64,000 bases of DNA, taken from contig OY970296.1 in the NCBI GenBank assembly GCA_963716175.1, positions 1,344,001 through 1,408,000 on the forward strand, read 5' to 3'. The notes under the pieces were generated by a model. The model made no database searches. It worked only from the letters and a program-made list of their open reading frames with translations, and was not told where the DNA came from. How positions within the stretch are numbered: position 1 is the stretch's first letter; each line of letters begins with the position of its first letter. Source of the stretch: an uncultured Armatimonadetes bacterium (GTDB lineage Bacteria > Armatimonadota > Hebobacteria > Hebobacterales > Hebobacteraceae). Positions 20,465 through 29,855 of this stretch are shown here, in pieces. The position numbers were made by a program, and so were the translations under genes.

Positions 20465-22012
20465 TCACGGCTCTCCCAGGTCCTCGACGATGCGGGCGAT
20501 GCGCGCGAAGTGACGCTTGAGGGAAGGGTAGAGCGCGCGGTACACGCGATAGTAGCGCTGGTAGATGGCGGAGGCCTGGCGGTGAGGACGGACCGGCTCT
20601 CTGGTGCGGACGGTGGCGGCGCAGGCGGAGGGCACGTCGGGCCAGAGGCCGGCCGCCACTCCGCCCAGGAGGGCGGCGCCGAAGGCCGCGCCCTCGTCAA
20701 TCGCCATGCCCACCAGCGGAGTGCGGAAGACATCGGATTGCATCTGTCGCCAGAAGGCGCTGCGCGCGCCGCCTCCGGTGTTGCGCACTTCGCGGACGGG
20801 CAGCTTCATCTCACGCAGAATCTCCAGCGAATCCCGCAGCCCGTAGCAGACCCCCTCCATAGTCGCCCGCGCCAGGTGGCCCTTGGTGTGCCTCAACCCC
20901 AGTCCCAGGAAGACGCCGCGGGCGCTGGGGTCGGCATGGGGGGTGCGCTCGCCGGTGAGGTAGGGAAGGAAGATCAAGCCCTCGGAGCCGATGGGCGCCC
21001 GCGCCGCCTCGGCGGCGATGATCTCGTAGGGGTCCACCCCGCGCGCCTCCGCCTCCGCTTTCTCCTCTCCGGCCAGGGTATCCCGGAACCAGCGCAGGGA
21101 GCCGCCGGCCATCAGCATTACGCCCATGGCGTGCCACTGACCGGGGACGGCGTGGCAGAAAGTGTGGACCCTCAGCTTCGGGTCCATCCTGGGCTCGCGC
21201 ATGGGGGCGAACACGGTGCCCGAGGTGCCCACCGAGACCGCGACGATGCCCTCCTCGATCACGCCATTGCCCACCGCGGAGCAGGCGTTGTCGCCGCCGC
21301 CTCCGGCGATGGGCAGTCCCGCCCGCAAGCCGATCTCGGCCGCGGCCGTTGAGGAGATGGAGGTGGAAGCGATGGGGGATTCGTAGACCCTGGGGAGCAT
21401 ATCGGCGGTGAGCCCGAGCCCATCGAGCATCACCTGCGACCACTGGCGCTGGGCGACGTTGAGCAGGGAGGTGCCGGCAGCGTCCGAGACCTCGGTGGCG
21501 AACTCGCCGGAGAGCCGGAAGCGGATGTAATCCTTGGGCAATAGGATCATCCGCAGGCGCGCGTAAAGCTCCGGCTCGTTGTCCTTGAGCCAGACGATCT
21601 TGGGGGCCTGGAAGCCAGTGAGCACGGGGTTGAGCGTCTCCGCCACCACTCGCTCGAAGCCGATGGTGTCGTGAATCCAGGCGCACTGCGCCGCGGTGCG
21701 CTGGTCGCACCAGAGCAAGGCCTCGCGCAGCACCTGGTGGTCTTTATCGAGGAAGACGGAGCCGTGCTGCTGGCCGGAGAGGCCCACTCCGCGCACTTCC
21801 TCAGGCCGCGCGCCCGAGGTCGTCATCACCTCGCGAATCGCGTCCACCGTGCCCTGCCACCAGTCGGCCGGGTCCTGCTCGGCCCAGCCCGGGCGGGGGG
21901 TGTGCAAGGGGTACTCCTTGGTGGTGCTGGCGACGACCTTGCCGGCGGCGTCAATGAGCAGGGCCTTGGCGCCGGTGGTGCCGACATCAACTCCCAAGAG
22001 GTAGTCCGGCAT
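20465..22012 (-). CDS. xylB: Xylulokinase (FGGY kinase)
   Basis: GVDVGTT, GLSGQQHG, GGGDN, LPYLTGERTPH. Confidence 0.88.
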   Translation of the reverse strand: MPDYLLGVDVGTTGAKALLIDAAGKVVASTTKEYPLHTPRPGWAEQDPADWWQGTVDAIREVMTTSGARPEEVRGVGLSGQQHGSVFLDKDHQVLREALLWCDQRTAAQCAWIHDTIGFERVVAETLNPVLTGFQAPKIVWLKDNEPELYARLRMILLPKDYIRFRLSGEFATEVSDAAGTSLLNVAQRQWSQVMLDGLGLTADMLPRVYESPIASTSISSTAAAEIGLRAGLPIAGGGGDNACSAVGNGVIEEGIVAVSVGTSGTVFAPMREPRMDPKLRVHTFCHAVPGQWHAMGVMLMAGGSLRWFRDTLAGEEKAEAEARGVDPYEIIAAEAARAPIGSEGLIFLPYLTGERTPHADPSARGVFLGLGLRHTKGHLARATMEGVCYGLRDSLEILREMKLPVREVRNTGGGARSAFWRQMQSDVFRTPLVGMAIDEGAAFGAALLGGVAAGLWPDVPSACAATVRTREPVRPHRQASAIYQRYYRVYRALYPSLKRHFARIARIVEDLGEP

Positions 22013-22172
22013 GCTCGCGCTCCTTCCGTAGCCTCGCCAAGCACTTTCGCGCCTTACGTCAGAAATCCTCCCCGGCCAGCAGTGGCATCCTCTAGGGCTG
22101 CCATTCTCTTCGGCTGCGCTCGGGACATGCCTATGCCAGCTAGGCCGGGCGTGGGCACGTCCGGCCTACAGC

Positions 22173-23222
22173 TCAGGACAGGCCTCGGACGCAACGAAAA
22201 CCGAGGTTGCCGCCGCGGTTGGCGGGGTCGGAGTAGCAGCGGAAGTCACAACGGAAGTACCTCGAAGTGCCATTGTACCACGAGCCGCCCCGAAGCACCC
22301 TGTAGGTTCCACTTAGGGGTGGCGTGAAGTCGCCCTTAGCGTATCTCTTATAGGCATGCTCATCATACCAGTCCACACACCACTCCTCTACGTTCCCCGC
22401 CATGTCCAGGCAGCCATAGGGGCTGGCCCCGATCGGATACGACCCCACCGCGGCCGGGCCCCCACGAAACCCGTCGTGAGAAGCCACCCATTCCTCAGAC
22501 GCTACGGCCCAGTCCGATGGGTCCGAGTGGGTCTCGCCAGTAATAAGCTCCAAGTTGCGGCACCGTCTCGGGTCCCACGACTCGCCCCAGGGGAACGTAC
22601 GGCTGCCACTCCCGCGCGCCGCCTTCTCCCATTCCAGCTCCGTGGGCAGACGGCGTCCCGCCCACTCGCAATAGGAGCGGGCATCCTCCCAACTCACAAA
22701 GACGACTGGGAATCTCTCCAGGCCGGAGGGGATCTCCCCGCCGCTCCAATGATCTGGCGCGCGATGGCCGGTTGCGCGCACGAACTGGAGGTACTGCGCG
22801 TTGGTGACCTCGGTGCGGCCGGTCCAGTAGCCGGGCAGGTTTGCCTGGCACTGTGGCTGCTGGTCCTTGAATACCTGTCTCTTCTCACCGGCATGTTCCT
22901 TCAGCCAGGCATCAATCTGCGCGTCGCTGGTCCCGAGAGTGAACTCCCCAGGGGCGATGTACACCATCTCCATCCCATCCTTCGGGTTCATCCACACATC
23001 TCCAGCCTGCGGGTTGGCGGGTGGCTTCGGCGTGAGCCAGAGGACGGCGTTGGGGTTGACCGCCGGAGCAGGTGACACGGGTTCGGCCGGCTGCGGGCCA
23101 TTCGGCCTGACCTTCGAGGCTTGTGACACGCGTTTCGCCGGCCGTTCCTCGGCCGCGCAGCCGACCACCACAAGACACAGCACTGCACACAGCGGAACCA
23201 CACAGAATCTGATCTTTCGCAT
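22173..23222 (-). CDS. FGE-sulfatase (SUMF1, C-type lectin fold) lipoprotein
   Basis: TEVTNAQY, RLPTELEWEKAARG, DMAGNVEEW, RGGSW, GFRC; VVVGC lipobox; RBS before ATG 23222. Confidence 0.85.
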   Translation of the reverse strand: MRKIRFCVVPLCAVLCLVVVGCAAEERPAKRVSQASKVRPNGPQPAEPVSPAPAVNPNAVLWLTPKPPANPQAGDVWMNPKDGMEMVYIAPGEFTLGTSDAQIDAWLKEHAGEKRQVFKDQQPQCQANLPGYWTGRTEVTNAQYLQFVRATGHRAPDHWSGGEIPSGLERFPVVFVSWEDARSYCEWAGRRLPTELEWEKAARGSGSRTFPWGESWDPRRCRNLELITGETHSDPSDWAVASEEWVASHDGFRGGPAAVGSYPIGASPYGCLDMAGNVEEWCVDWYDEHAYKRYAKGDFTPPLSGTYRVLRGGSWYNGTSRYFRCDFRCYSDPANRGGNLGFRCVRGLS

Positions 23223-23266
23223 CGCAGTCCCTCCGCCCATGTTCCGGTGTCTCGGTAGTTTCGAGT

Positions 23267-23411
23267 GGCACAGACAAGTCTCCTTCGCTGAAGCTCCGGA
23301 GACGAAGGCTCCTGCCCAACCCAGCGGTAGGGCAGGTCCGCGACCTGCCCCGGCGGGCATGCAGTCCTGCTTCGCCAACGCTTCGCAGGACAAGCGACAC
23401 GCCCGCCCTAC
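23267..23411. repeat. Cluster of REP-like palindromes from three families, two with nested inserts
   Basis: gtagggcaggtccgcgacctgccc at 23327; ggcgggcatg..cccgccctac at 23352-23411; ..ggctcctgcccaac ending 23320. Confidence 0.75.
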
Positions 23412-23857
23412 AGGACGGGACCGCGCCGGCGAGGCAGGAAGCTGCTCGGCCAAGCAATGATCTGCAGGGCGAACAGGAGGAGGACGGAGTCGCGGAGGAT
23501 CATGACCCAGCCCACGCGGTCGGTGAAGAAGGGGAAAAAGCAGCCGCAACTGATGTCCAGGCCGCGCAGCATGACCAGGCCGGCGGCGCCGATGAAGAGG
23601 GTCAGCAGGCCGGCAAGGAGCAGGGCGGCGCTCCGCGGCCAGAGGCCGATCACCAGGAGAACGCCTGGCACCAGCTCGACCCAGGGCAGGATGATGCCGG
23701 CGAGGTTGATCAGGTTGGGGTGGAGGATGCGGTAGCCGTAGATGAGGCGGGCGAATTCGTCGGGCCGCAGCAGCTTGGGGAAATCGGAGTAGACGAAGAG
23801 GCCGCCCAGCAGGAGGCGGCAGACGGCGCCGGTGACGGGGTGGGAGAGGACGCGCAC
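23408..23857 (-). CDS. DoxX/MauE family membrane protein
   Basis: LPWVEL..G.LL..G, RGLDISCGCF; the longer ORF start 23953 runs through REP DNA. Confidence 0.8.
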   Translation of the reverse strand: MRVLSHPVTGAVCRLLLGGLFVYSDFPKLLRPDEFARLIYGYRILHPNLINLAGIILPWVELVPGVLLVIGLWPRSAALLLAGLLTLFIGAAGLVMLRGLDISCGCFFPFFTDRVGWVMILRDSVLLLFALQIIAWPSSFLPRRRGPVL

Positions 23858-23859
23858 CA

Positions 23860-23949
23860 GGGCAGGTCCGCGACCTGCCCCACCAGTTGGCGGTGCTTGG
23901 GCAGGTCGCGGACCTACCCCACCGGCCGCAGGTTGGGAACCTGCGCTAC
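23860..23949. repeat. REP cluster (RAYT-type family)
   Basis: gggcaggtccgcgacctgccc, gggcaggtcgcggacctaccc, cgcaggttgggaacctgcgctac. Confidence 0.75.
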
Positions 23950-24504
23950 TCAAGGGTGATCCGCCTTCTTCTGCGGAAAGCCGGCGGCCTGCCAGGCCCC
24001 CCAGCCCTGCTCGAAGACGTGGATGGGCTTGGCCACGAGCCCGCGGAGACGGTCGGCAACCTCGACGGCTTCATCACACTCGATGCTCTGGCAGTAGACG
24101 ACCAGGGAAGGCGCGGCCTCTACGCGCTCCACCAGGTCGGGATAGCGGGCCTCGAAGCTCCTCGCGGGGAGGTTCAAGGCGCCGGGGATATGGCCCTTGT
24201 CGTACTCCTGGGCAGAGCGCGCGTCCAAGAAAAGCGAGGCCTTGGCAGCGAAGGCCGCATGCGCCTGGTCTGGGGTCATGGGGAGAAGGCCGGAGGGAAG
24301 TGGCAGCGAAGCGGGCTGCTCGGGCTGAGGCTTGGGGAAGATGGGCAGGCCGCGGGGAGAGAAGTGGTTGACCAGCAGGCCCAGGGCGGCGCTGGCGACG
24401 AGCATGGCCAGCGAGCCCAGCAGCACCGTGGCGAGGTGGGCCTGGCCCGCCTCAGGGGGCCTGAGGCGGCAAGGGTGGAGTTGGCTGATCCACGACTCTG
24501 GCAT
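23950..24504 (-). CDS. Membrane-anchored rhodanese-like protein
   Basis: LDARSAQEYDKGHIPGA, VVYC, GWGAW. Confidence 0.82.
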   Translation of the reverse strand: MPESWISQLHPCRLRPPEAGQAHLATVLLGSLAMLVASAALGLLVNHFSPRGLPIFPKPQPEQPASLPLPSGLLPMTPDQAHAAFAAKASLFLDARSAQEYDKGHIPGALNLPARSFEARYPDLVERVEAAPSLVVYCQSIECDEAVEVADRLRGLVAKPIHVFEQGWGAWQAAGFPQKKADHP

Positions 24505-25192
24505 TGACCGGGATGCGCAGCTCCTTGCAGTGAGGTAGGTTTGCGCGCACGATGACCTGGGCGGTAACGCGTTCCGGCCGGGTCACGGGACCGAAGCGGA
24601 CCTTGAGCCGATAGCCGCCCTGCTTGTCGGCGATGGGCACGAGGCTGAGGACCTGCACCGCCTGATTGTCGGCCCGCGGGTCGAAGAGGCGGAACTTCTT
24701 CACCTCTGCCGGGCGGATGAGCACCTCGCGCTCGAGGGCTTCCCCGAGCCTGACATTGCCCAGGTAGAGCCCGGAGGGGATGATCTCCACCTCCATCTTG
24801 ACGACTCCGCTGAGGGTGAGGGTGACCCTGGGCTCGGCCGGGTCGCTGGAGTCCACGTAGATGTGCTTGCTCACCCGGTCCCGCATGCGCCCGGACTTGA
24901 AGGTTACCTTGATGGCCGCGGTCTCGCCTGGGAGGAGTTCCTGGCGGGAGGGCAGGGCGGCAGTGCAGCCGCAGGAGCTGGTGACCTTCTGGATCTTGAG
25001 TGGGGCGTCGCCGATATTGCGCAGATCGAAGCTGTGGGTGATGCTTCCCTCCTGGTACATGCTGCCGAAGTCGAAAGTGGTGCGATCGAAGTGGATGCGG
25101 GGCCCGGCCGCAGGGAAGGCGGGCAGGGAAGCGAGAGCGAGGAGGACGGCGAGGGCCATGGCGCTGGTGAGCTTGCTGCCAGCTATCTTCAC
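24452..25192 (-). CDS. DUF1573 (Ig-like) secreted protein
   Basis: FDFG..NIGDAPLKI..SSCGCT motif; signal peptide. Confidence 0.8.
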   Translation of the reverse strand: MKIAGSKLTSAMALAVLLALASLPAFPAAGPRIHFDRTTFDFGSMYQEGSITHSFDLRNIGDAPLKIQKVTSSCGCTAALPSRQELLPGETAAIKVTFKSGRMRDRVSKHIYVDSSDPAEPRVTLTLSGVVKMEVEIIPSGLYLGNVRLGEALEREVLIRPAEVKKFRLFDPRADNQAVQVLSLVPIADKQGGYRLKVRFGPVTRPERVTAQVIVRANLPHCKELRIPVNARVVDQPTPPLPPQAP

Positions 25193-26223
25193 GGTCTGCC
25201 TCCGGCGGCAGCGGCGAAGTGGTCGAACCCCGTGTCCGGCGTCATCGCATTTCCGCTAGCATCGAGGAACGTGACACCGGTCCCATCAGTAATATCACCG
25301 ATCACGGTGACGGCGGTGCCGGTTCTCGCCAAGACGGCGGCTGCGATCTCGGGCGCGGCCGCGGTCGGACACGTGAACAGCAGTTCGTAATCTTCCCCGC
25401 CGCTGAGGGCCAGCTCCAGGGGATCTCGACCCAGCTTTGGGGCGAGGGCGAGCGCGGCGGGATCGGCGGGGACGCGCTGGCACCAGACCCGGGCGCCGAC
25501 GCCGCTCTCCCCGCAGAGGCGAGGCAAGTCCTGGGCCAGGCCGTCGCTGAGATCCATCATGGCGGTGGCGAGCCGGCTCTCGGCGATGGCACGGGCCTCG
25601 GCGAGCCGGGGTCTGGGTTTGTGGTGGGCCTGGAGGGCGCGGGCGAACTCGGGGCTGCCGTCATCGGCGAGCATGTGCTGGCGCAGGGCCAGCCCGGTGG
25701 CCGAGGCGCCGAGCGCGCCGGTGACCAGCAGTGCATCGCCGGGGCGCGCGCCGCGGCGGCGCAGCATGAGGTGCTCGTCTACCCAGCCGGTGAGTGCGAC
25801 ATCCACCACCAGGGGGCCGGGGGAGCCCACCAGGTCGCCGCCGACCAGGGCCGCGCGATACTGGGAGGCGGCCGAGATCAGGCCCTGCGCGATCTGCTCC
25901 ACCTCCTCGGCGGGCAGATCGCCGGGGGCCGCGATGGAGGCAACTGCCGCGGCCGGCTCCCCGCCCATGGCGGCGATGTCGCTGAGATTGGCGGCCATCG
26001 CCCTCCAGCCGATCTGGTCGGGGGTGGCCCAAGCGCGGCGAAAGTGGATCCCCTCGACTACCATGTCGCAGGTGAGTAAGAGCACCCGGTCGCCGCCGGT
26101 ATGGAGCGCGGCCGCGTCGTCGCCTGGGCCTACTACCACATCCGCAGTGAGGCCGGGCGCGGCCAGGGCGCGGAAGCGAGAGATGATCCCGTTCTCGCCC
26201 ACCTGGCGCAGGGGGAGGCTCAT
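25189..26223 (-). CDS. thiL: Thiamine-monophosphate kinase
   Basis: GPGDDAA, NLSDIAAMG, DLSDGL, GGEDYEL. Confidence 0.93.
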   Translation of the reverse strand: MSLPLRQVGENGIISRFRALAAPGLTADVVVGPGDDAAALHTGGDRVLLLTCDMVVEGIHFRRAWATPDQIGWRAMAANLSDIAAMGGEPAAAVASIAAPGDLPAEEVEQIAQGLISAASQYRAALVGGDLVGSPGPLVVDVALTGWVDEHLMLRRRGARPGDALLVTGALGASATGLALRQHMLADDGSPEFARALQAHHKPRPRLAEARAIAESRLATAMMDLSDGLAQDLPRLCGESGVGARVWCQRVPADPAALALAPKLGRDPLELALSGGEDYELLFTCPTAAAPEIAAAVLARTGTAVTVIGDITDGTGVTFLDASGNAMTPDTGFDHFAAAAGGRP

Positions 26224-27503
26224 GGCCGACTCGCGGCCGAGGGCCCCAGCAGGGCAAAGACGCAGTAGGGCCCGCACATGGAGCAGGTAGCGCCCTCCTC
26301 ACCCCCTGGCTGATGGCGGGAGCGGGCCCTTTCCGGGTCGAGGGCGAGGCGGAACTGCTCCTCCCAGTCCAGGCTGGCGCGGGCCCGCGCCATGGCATCG
26401 TCCACCGCGCGCGCCCGCGGGCCCAGGCGGATGATGTCCGCGGCGTGAGCCGCGATGCGAGTGGCGATCACGCCCGCTCTCACTTCATCCGCGGTTGGCA
26501 GGCCCAGGTGCTCGGCGGGAGTGAGATAGCAGAGAAAATCGGTGCCCGCCATGCCGGCCAGGGCGCCGCCGATGGCGCCGACGATGTGGTCATAACCTGG
26601 GGCAATGTCGGTGACGAGCGGCCCGAGTTGGTAGAAGGGCGCGCCGTGGCAGAGGCGCTTCTCCAGGACGACATTGGCCACCACCTGATCGAGCGGGAGG
26701 TGGCCGGGCCCCTCCACCATAGCTTGCACGCCGGCGGCGCGAGCGCGCAGCACCAGCTCGCCCAGGGCCGCGGTTTCGGCGAGCTGGGCGCGGTCCGAAC
26801 CATCTGCCAGGCAACCCGCGCGCAGACCGTCACCAAGACTCAAGGTGACGTCGTGCTGGCGGCAGATGGCGAGCAAGTCATCGAAGCGAGCGTAGAGAGG
26901 ATTCTCGCGGCCGTGGTCCCTCATCCAGCAGATAGTGAAGGCGCCGCCGCGGCTGACCACACCAGTGAGCCGACTGCCGTTGAGGGCTAGCTTCGCCGTC
27001 TCCTGAGTGACGCCGCAGTGAACGGTGATGAAGTCAACCCCATCCTCGGCGTGCCGGCGAATCACCCCGAACAGGTCCTCCTCGGTCATGGCGGCGACTC
27101 CGCCCCGGGCCTGGGCCGCGACCGCGGCTTGATAGATGGGGACGGTGCCGACTGGCACCTGGGAGGCGGCAATCACCTGGCGCCTGATGTCGTCCAGGTC
27201 GCCCGCAGTGCTCAGGTCCATCACCGTGTCGGCGCCGGCGTCGAGGCCCGCCCCGAGGCGGGACAGCGCTTGCTCGACCGAAGGATCGGCGGCGGAGGTG
27301 CCGATGTTGGCATTGACCTTGATGCGGAGCCCGGCGCCGATGGCGGCGGGCCGGCGGCGGCGGCGGTTCTGATTCGCGGGGAGCACGATGCTGCCCTCGG
27401 CCAGGCCGCGGCGGAGCTGCTCAGCCGGAAGGCTCTCCAGCTCGGCCGCCAGCTCCATCTCGGGCGACAGTCGGCTCTGTTGTGCGAGTTCGAGTTGGGT
27501 CAC
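26220..27503 (-). CDS. thiC: Phosphomethylpyrimidine synthase
   Basis: KVNANIGTS, DTVMDLST, EGPGH, CSMCGPYC; lies between thiE and thiL. Confidence 0.9.
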   Translation of the reverse strand: MTQLELAQQSRLSPEMELAAELESLPAEQLRRGLAEGSIVLPANQNRRRRRPAAIGAGLRIKVNANIGTSAADPSVEQALSRLGAGLDAGADTVMDLSTAGDLDDIRRQVIAASQVPVGTVPIYQAAVAAQARGGVAAMTEEDLFGVIRRHAEDGVDFITVHCGVTQETAKLALNGSRLTGVVSRGGAFTICWMRDHGRENPLYARFDDLLAICRQHDVTLSLGDGLRAGCLADGSDRAQLAETAALGELVLRARAAGVQAMVEGPGHLPLDQVVANVVLEKRLCHGAPFYQLGPLVTDIAPGYDHIVGAIGGALAGMAGTDFLCYLTPAEHLGLPTADEVRAGVIATRIAAHAADIIRLGPRARAVDDAMARARASLDWEEQFRLALDPERARSRHQPGGEEGATCSMCGPYCVFALLGPSAASRP

Positions 27504-28153
27504 AAGTTTGCTCCTGCTGCGGTGCCGGCCCGCGCCTCGCGGACGGCGCGCAAGAGGGCGGCGGTGGCCTCGGTCATGGACTCAGCCTCGGAGACGGCGG
27601 AGATCACCGCTACCCCGTCGGCGCCGGCGCGGATCACCGCGCCTACATTGTCGCGGGTGATGCCGCCGATGGCAAGTACCGGGAGGCTCACGGTGCGTCT
27701 AATCTCCGCGATGCCGGCGAGGCCGATGGCTTCGCCCGCGTCGGCCTTGGAGGGGGTGGAGTAGATGGGCCCCACCCCCAGATAGCTGGCGCCCTCCGCC
27801 TGCGCCTGACGCGCTCGCGCCGCGGTGGCGGCGGAAGCCCCGATGATCGCCTGGGGCCCCAAGAGGCGGCGGGCGGCAGCGACAGGCAGATCTTCCTCGC
27901 CGAGATGGACCCCGTCGGCGCCCACGGCGAGGGCGAGATCTAGGCGATCGTTGACCACGAACGTGGCTTGGTACTGCCGGGTCAAGTGGCGCAGCTCCTG
28001 GCCCAGCTCCCAGAGGGCGAGGCCCCCGAGGGCCTTGTCCCGCAACTGGATCAGGCGAGCGCCTCCCTCCAGCGCGGCGCGGGCCACCTCGAGGTGGCCG
28101 CGCTGGAGGCGGTCGCAGCGAGCAGTGATGACGCAAAGGTCAAACTCAGCCAT
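27500..28153 (-). CDS. thiE: Thiamine-phosphate synthase
   Basis: QLRDK, VND, GVHLG, GPIYSTPSK, AIGGI. Confidence 0.93.
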   Translation of the reverse strand: MAEFDLCVITARCDRLQRGHLEVARAALEGGARLIQLRDKALGGLALWELGQELRHLTRQYQATFVVNDRLDLALAVGADGVHLGEEDLPVAAARRLLGPQAIIGASAATAARARQAQAEGASYLGVGPIYSTPSKADAGEAIGLAGIAEIRRTVSLPVLAIGGITRDNVGAVIRAGADGVAVISAVSEAESMTEATAALLRAVREARAGTAAGANL

Positions 28154-28159
28154 GGTATG

Positions 28160-28741
28160 CTAGCGGCAGGGCGCTTGCTCGGCCCGCGCCTTCAGGTCCA
28201 GATAGATGGCATGGGCGATGACGGAATGGGCGTCCTCAATCTGCTGCATGCTCTCGGCCGGCACCACCAGGGAGCAGTCGGCCAGCGAGGTCATCTCACC
28301 CCCGTCGCGGCCGGCGAGCGCGACCACGGTCGCCCCCGCCTCCTTTGCCACTCGCATGGCGCGGAGCACGTTCTGGGAGCGCCCGCTGCCGCTGAGGGCG
28401 AGCAGCACATCCCCCTCCCGCACCAGGTTGCGGAGGGGCTCGCAGAAAATGTGCTCATAGCCCAGGTCGTTGGCATAGGCGGTGAGCATGGGGACGCTGT
28501 CCACCAGGGAGATGGCTCGGAAGCGCCGCGCCCCGGGCGGCAGGTCCACGCCCTTGGACAGGTCCTCGACGAAGTGGGAGGCGGTGGCGCTGCTGCCACC
28601 ATTGCCGCAGGCGAAGATCTGGGCGTCGCGGCAGTAAGCGCGCCAGAGCTGGTCCACCACCGCAGTCAGGGAGTCGCGGGGCACCCGCTGGAGGAGCCCG
28701 GCAACCTGGTCAATGTAGTCGCCCATCGTGATTGCTCTCAA
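28160..28741 (-). CDS. gmhA: Phosphoheptose isomerase (SIS domain)
   Basis: CGNGGS, AYAND, SGSGRSQN, QQIEDAH. Confidence 0.8.
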   Translation of the reverse strand: MRAITMGDYIDQVAGLLQRVPRDSLTAVVDQLWRAYCRDAQIFACGNGGSSATASHFVEDLSKGVDLPPGARRFRAISLVDSVPMLTAYANDLGYEHIFCEPLRNLVREGDVLLALSGSGRSQNVLRAMRVAKEAGATVVALAGRDGGEMTSLADCSLVVPAESMQQIEDAHSVIAHAIYLDLKARAEQAPCR

Positions 28742-28746
28742 GGGCC

Positions 28747-28776
28747 AGTATAGGCAGGGCGGGTTTGGGGTGTCAA
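28747..28776 (-). promoter_or_regulatory. Promoter of the gmhA-thi operon
   Basis: TTGACA-18-TATACT just outside the IS end. Confidence 0.6.
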
Positions 28777-28806
28777 GGCGAGGTCGAGGCCGGTCGTGGG
28801 TCAGTT

Positions 28807-29630
28807 TCAGAGGAGCAGCCTCACAATTTCTTCGACAGACCAGACGTGATCGGTGATTCCGGCGGCCACGGCAGGCGTGGTTTTCAGCGTCTGGTGAACC
28901 CTGGCGAAGTTGTAGTACATGAAGTGCAGGGAGACAGCGCAGAAGTGATTCTCCAGCTTCTTTGAGAAGGCGTTGGTCAGCCGGGTGAAGCTCCGCAGGC
29001 CCATCCGAACGGTCAGATTCCGGCGCTCTATGTAGCTGGTAGAGATGTGCTTGGGATCGGGCCTGCCCATGATCGGCGTTCTCTCGGCGGCTATGCGGAC
29101 GGGCGGGCTGTATCGCTTCCCGCCTTCGGCGTCCTGGCCGTACAGCTTGACCAGCATGGCATAGTCTATGTCGGCCCCGAAAACCTCTTCAACGGCGTTC
29201 AGGTAGACCTTCAGGCCGTCCGTGGTTAGCTGCACGCGGTTGACCAAGCGGGATTCCAGGTCGGTGATGAGGTCATAGGCGGCCGTCGCGTCCCCTCCCC
29301 GACCTGCCAGCAGATCATCAGCTTGCTGTCTGCGTCCATTGCCGTCCACGTCCACACGTCACCAACGCCGAACTCGCCGCGCCTATGCTCAGGGACATTC
29401 TTCTCCTTGGCCCCGGCGAATGACCAAATCTCGTCGCACTGGACGCGCTTGGAGGCCAGTCCCTGGAGGGTCTGGTTCCGGTACTCCCAACAGGCGTGAC
29501 CAAGCTCCACAAGAAGCTTGGTCACGGTGTTCTTCGCCGCCCCGGTTATGCGAACCGTGGAGCGGATCGAGTTTCCCTCTACCAGACAGCGGACAACGGC
29601 TGCTCGGCGCTCAGGCGACAGCTTGTTCAT
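28807..29630 (-). pseudogene. IS1-family DDE transposase with a 1-nt frameshift at about 29297
   Basis: HTH EGNSIRSTVRITG, QCDEIWSF, TTDG, STSYIERRNLTVR, RLTNAFSKK, TPAVAAG; stop lies in the IR. Confidence 0.85.
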
Positions 29631-29631
29631 G

Positions 29632-29666
29632 CTGACCAGTATACATGACTGGTCTAGCTTTGTCAA
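29632..29666 (-). promoter_or_regulatory. Transposase promoter with overlapping inverted repeat
   Basis: TTGACA-17-TATACT, 7 nt before ATG; GACCAGT-N7-ACTGGTC spans the -10. Confidence 0.65.
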
Positions 29667-29855
29667 GCATTCTGGTCATATTCTTTCGGTGGTTTCTCCG
29701 ATGGGGTGGTCTGCGACTCTTGGGCAGCCTCTTTACCAAGCTCTCGCGCACGCTCCAGAATCTCTTCCTTGGTGTACAATCGTGGGCCGTCAGGTAGTGT
29801 TGCGGCGCATCGCAGGCAACCACGCTGTAGCCAGCCGGAGTGCACCGCTCCTTGC

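Noticed and set aside
29285-29310. Programmed -1 frameshift in the IS1 transposase
   Set aside because: No A6-type slippery site, and the break lies after the first catalytic Asp; a 1-nt deletion or sequencing error is simpler
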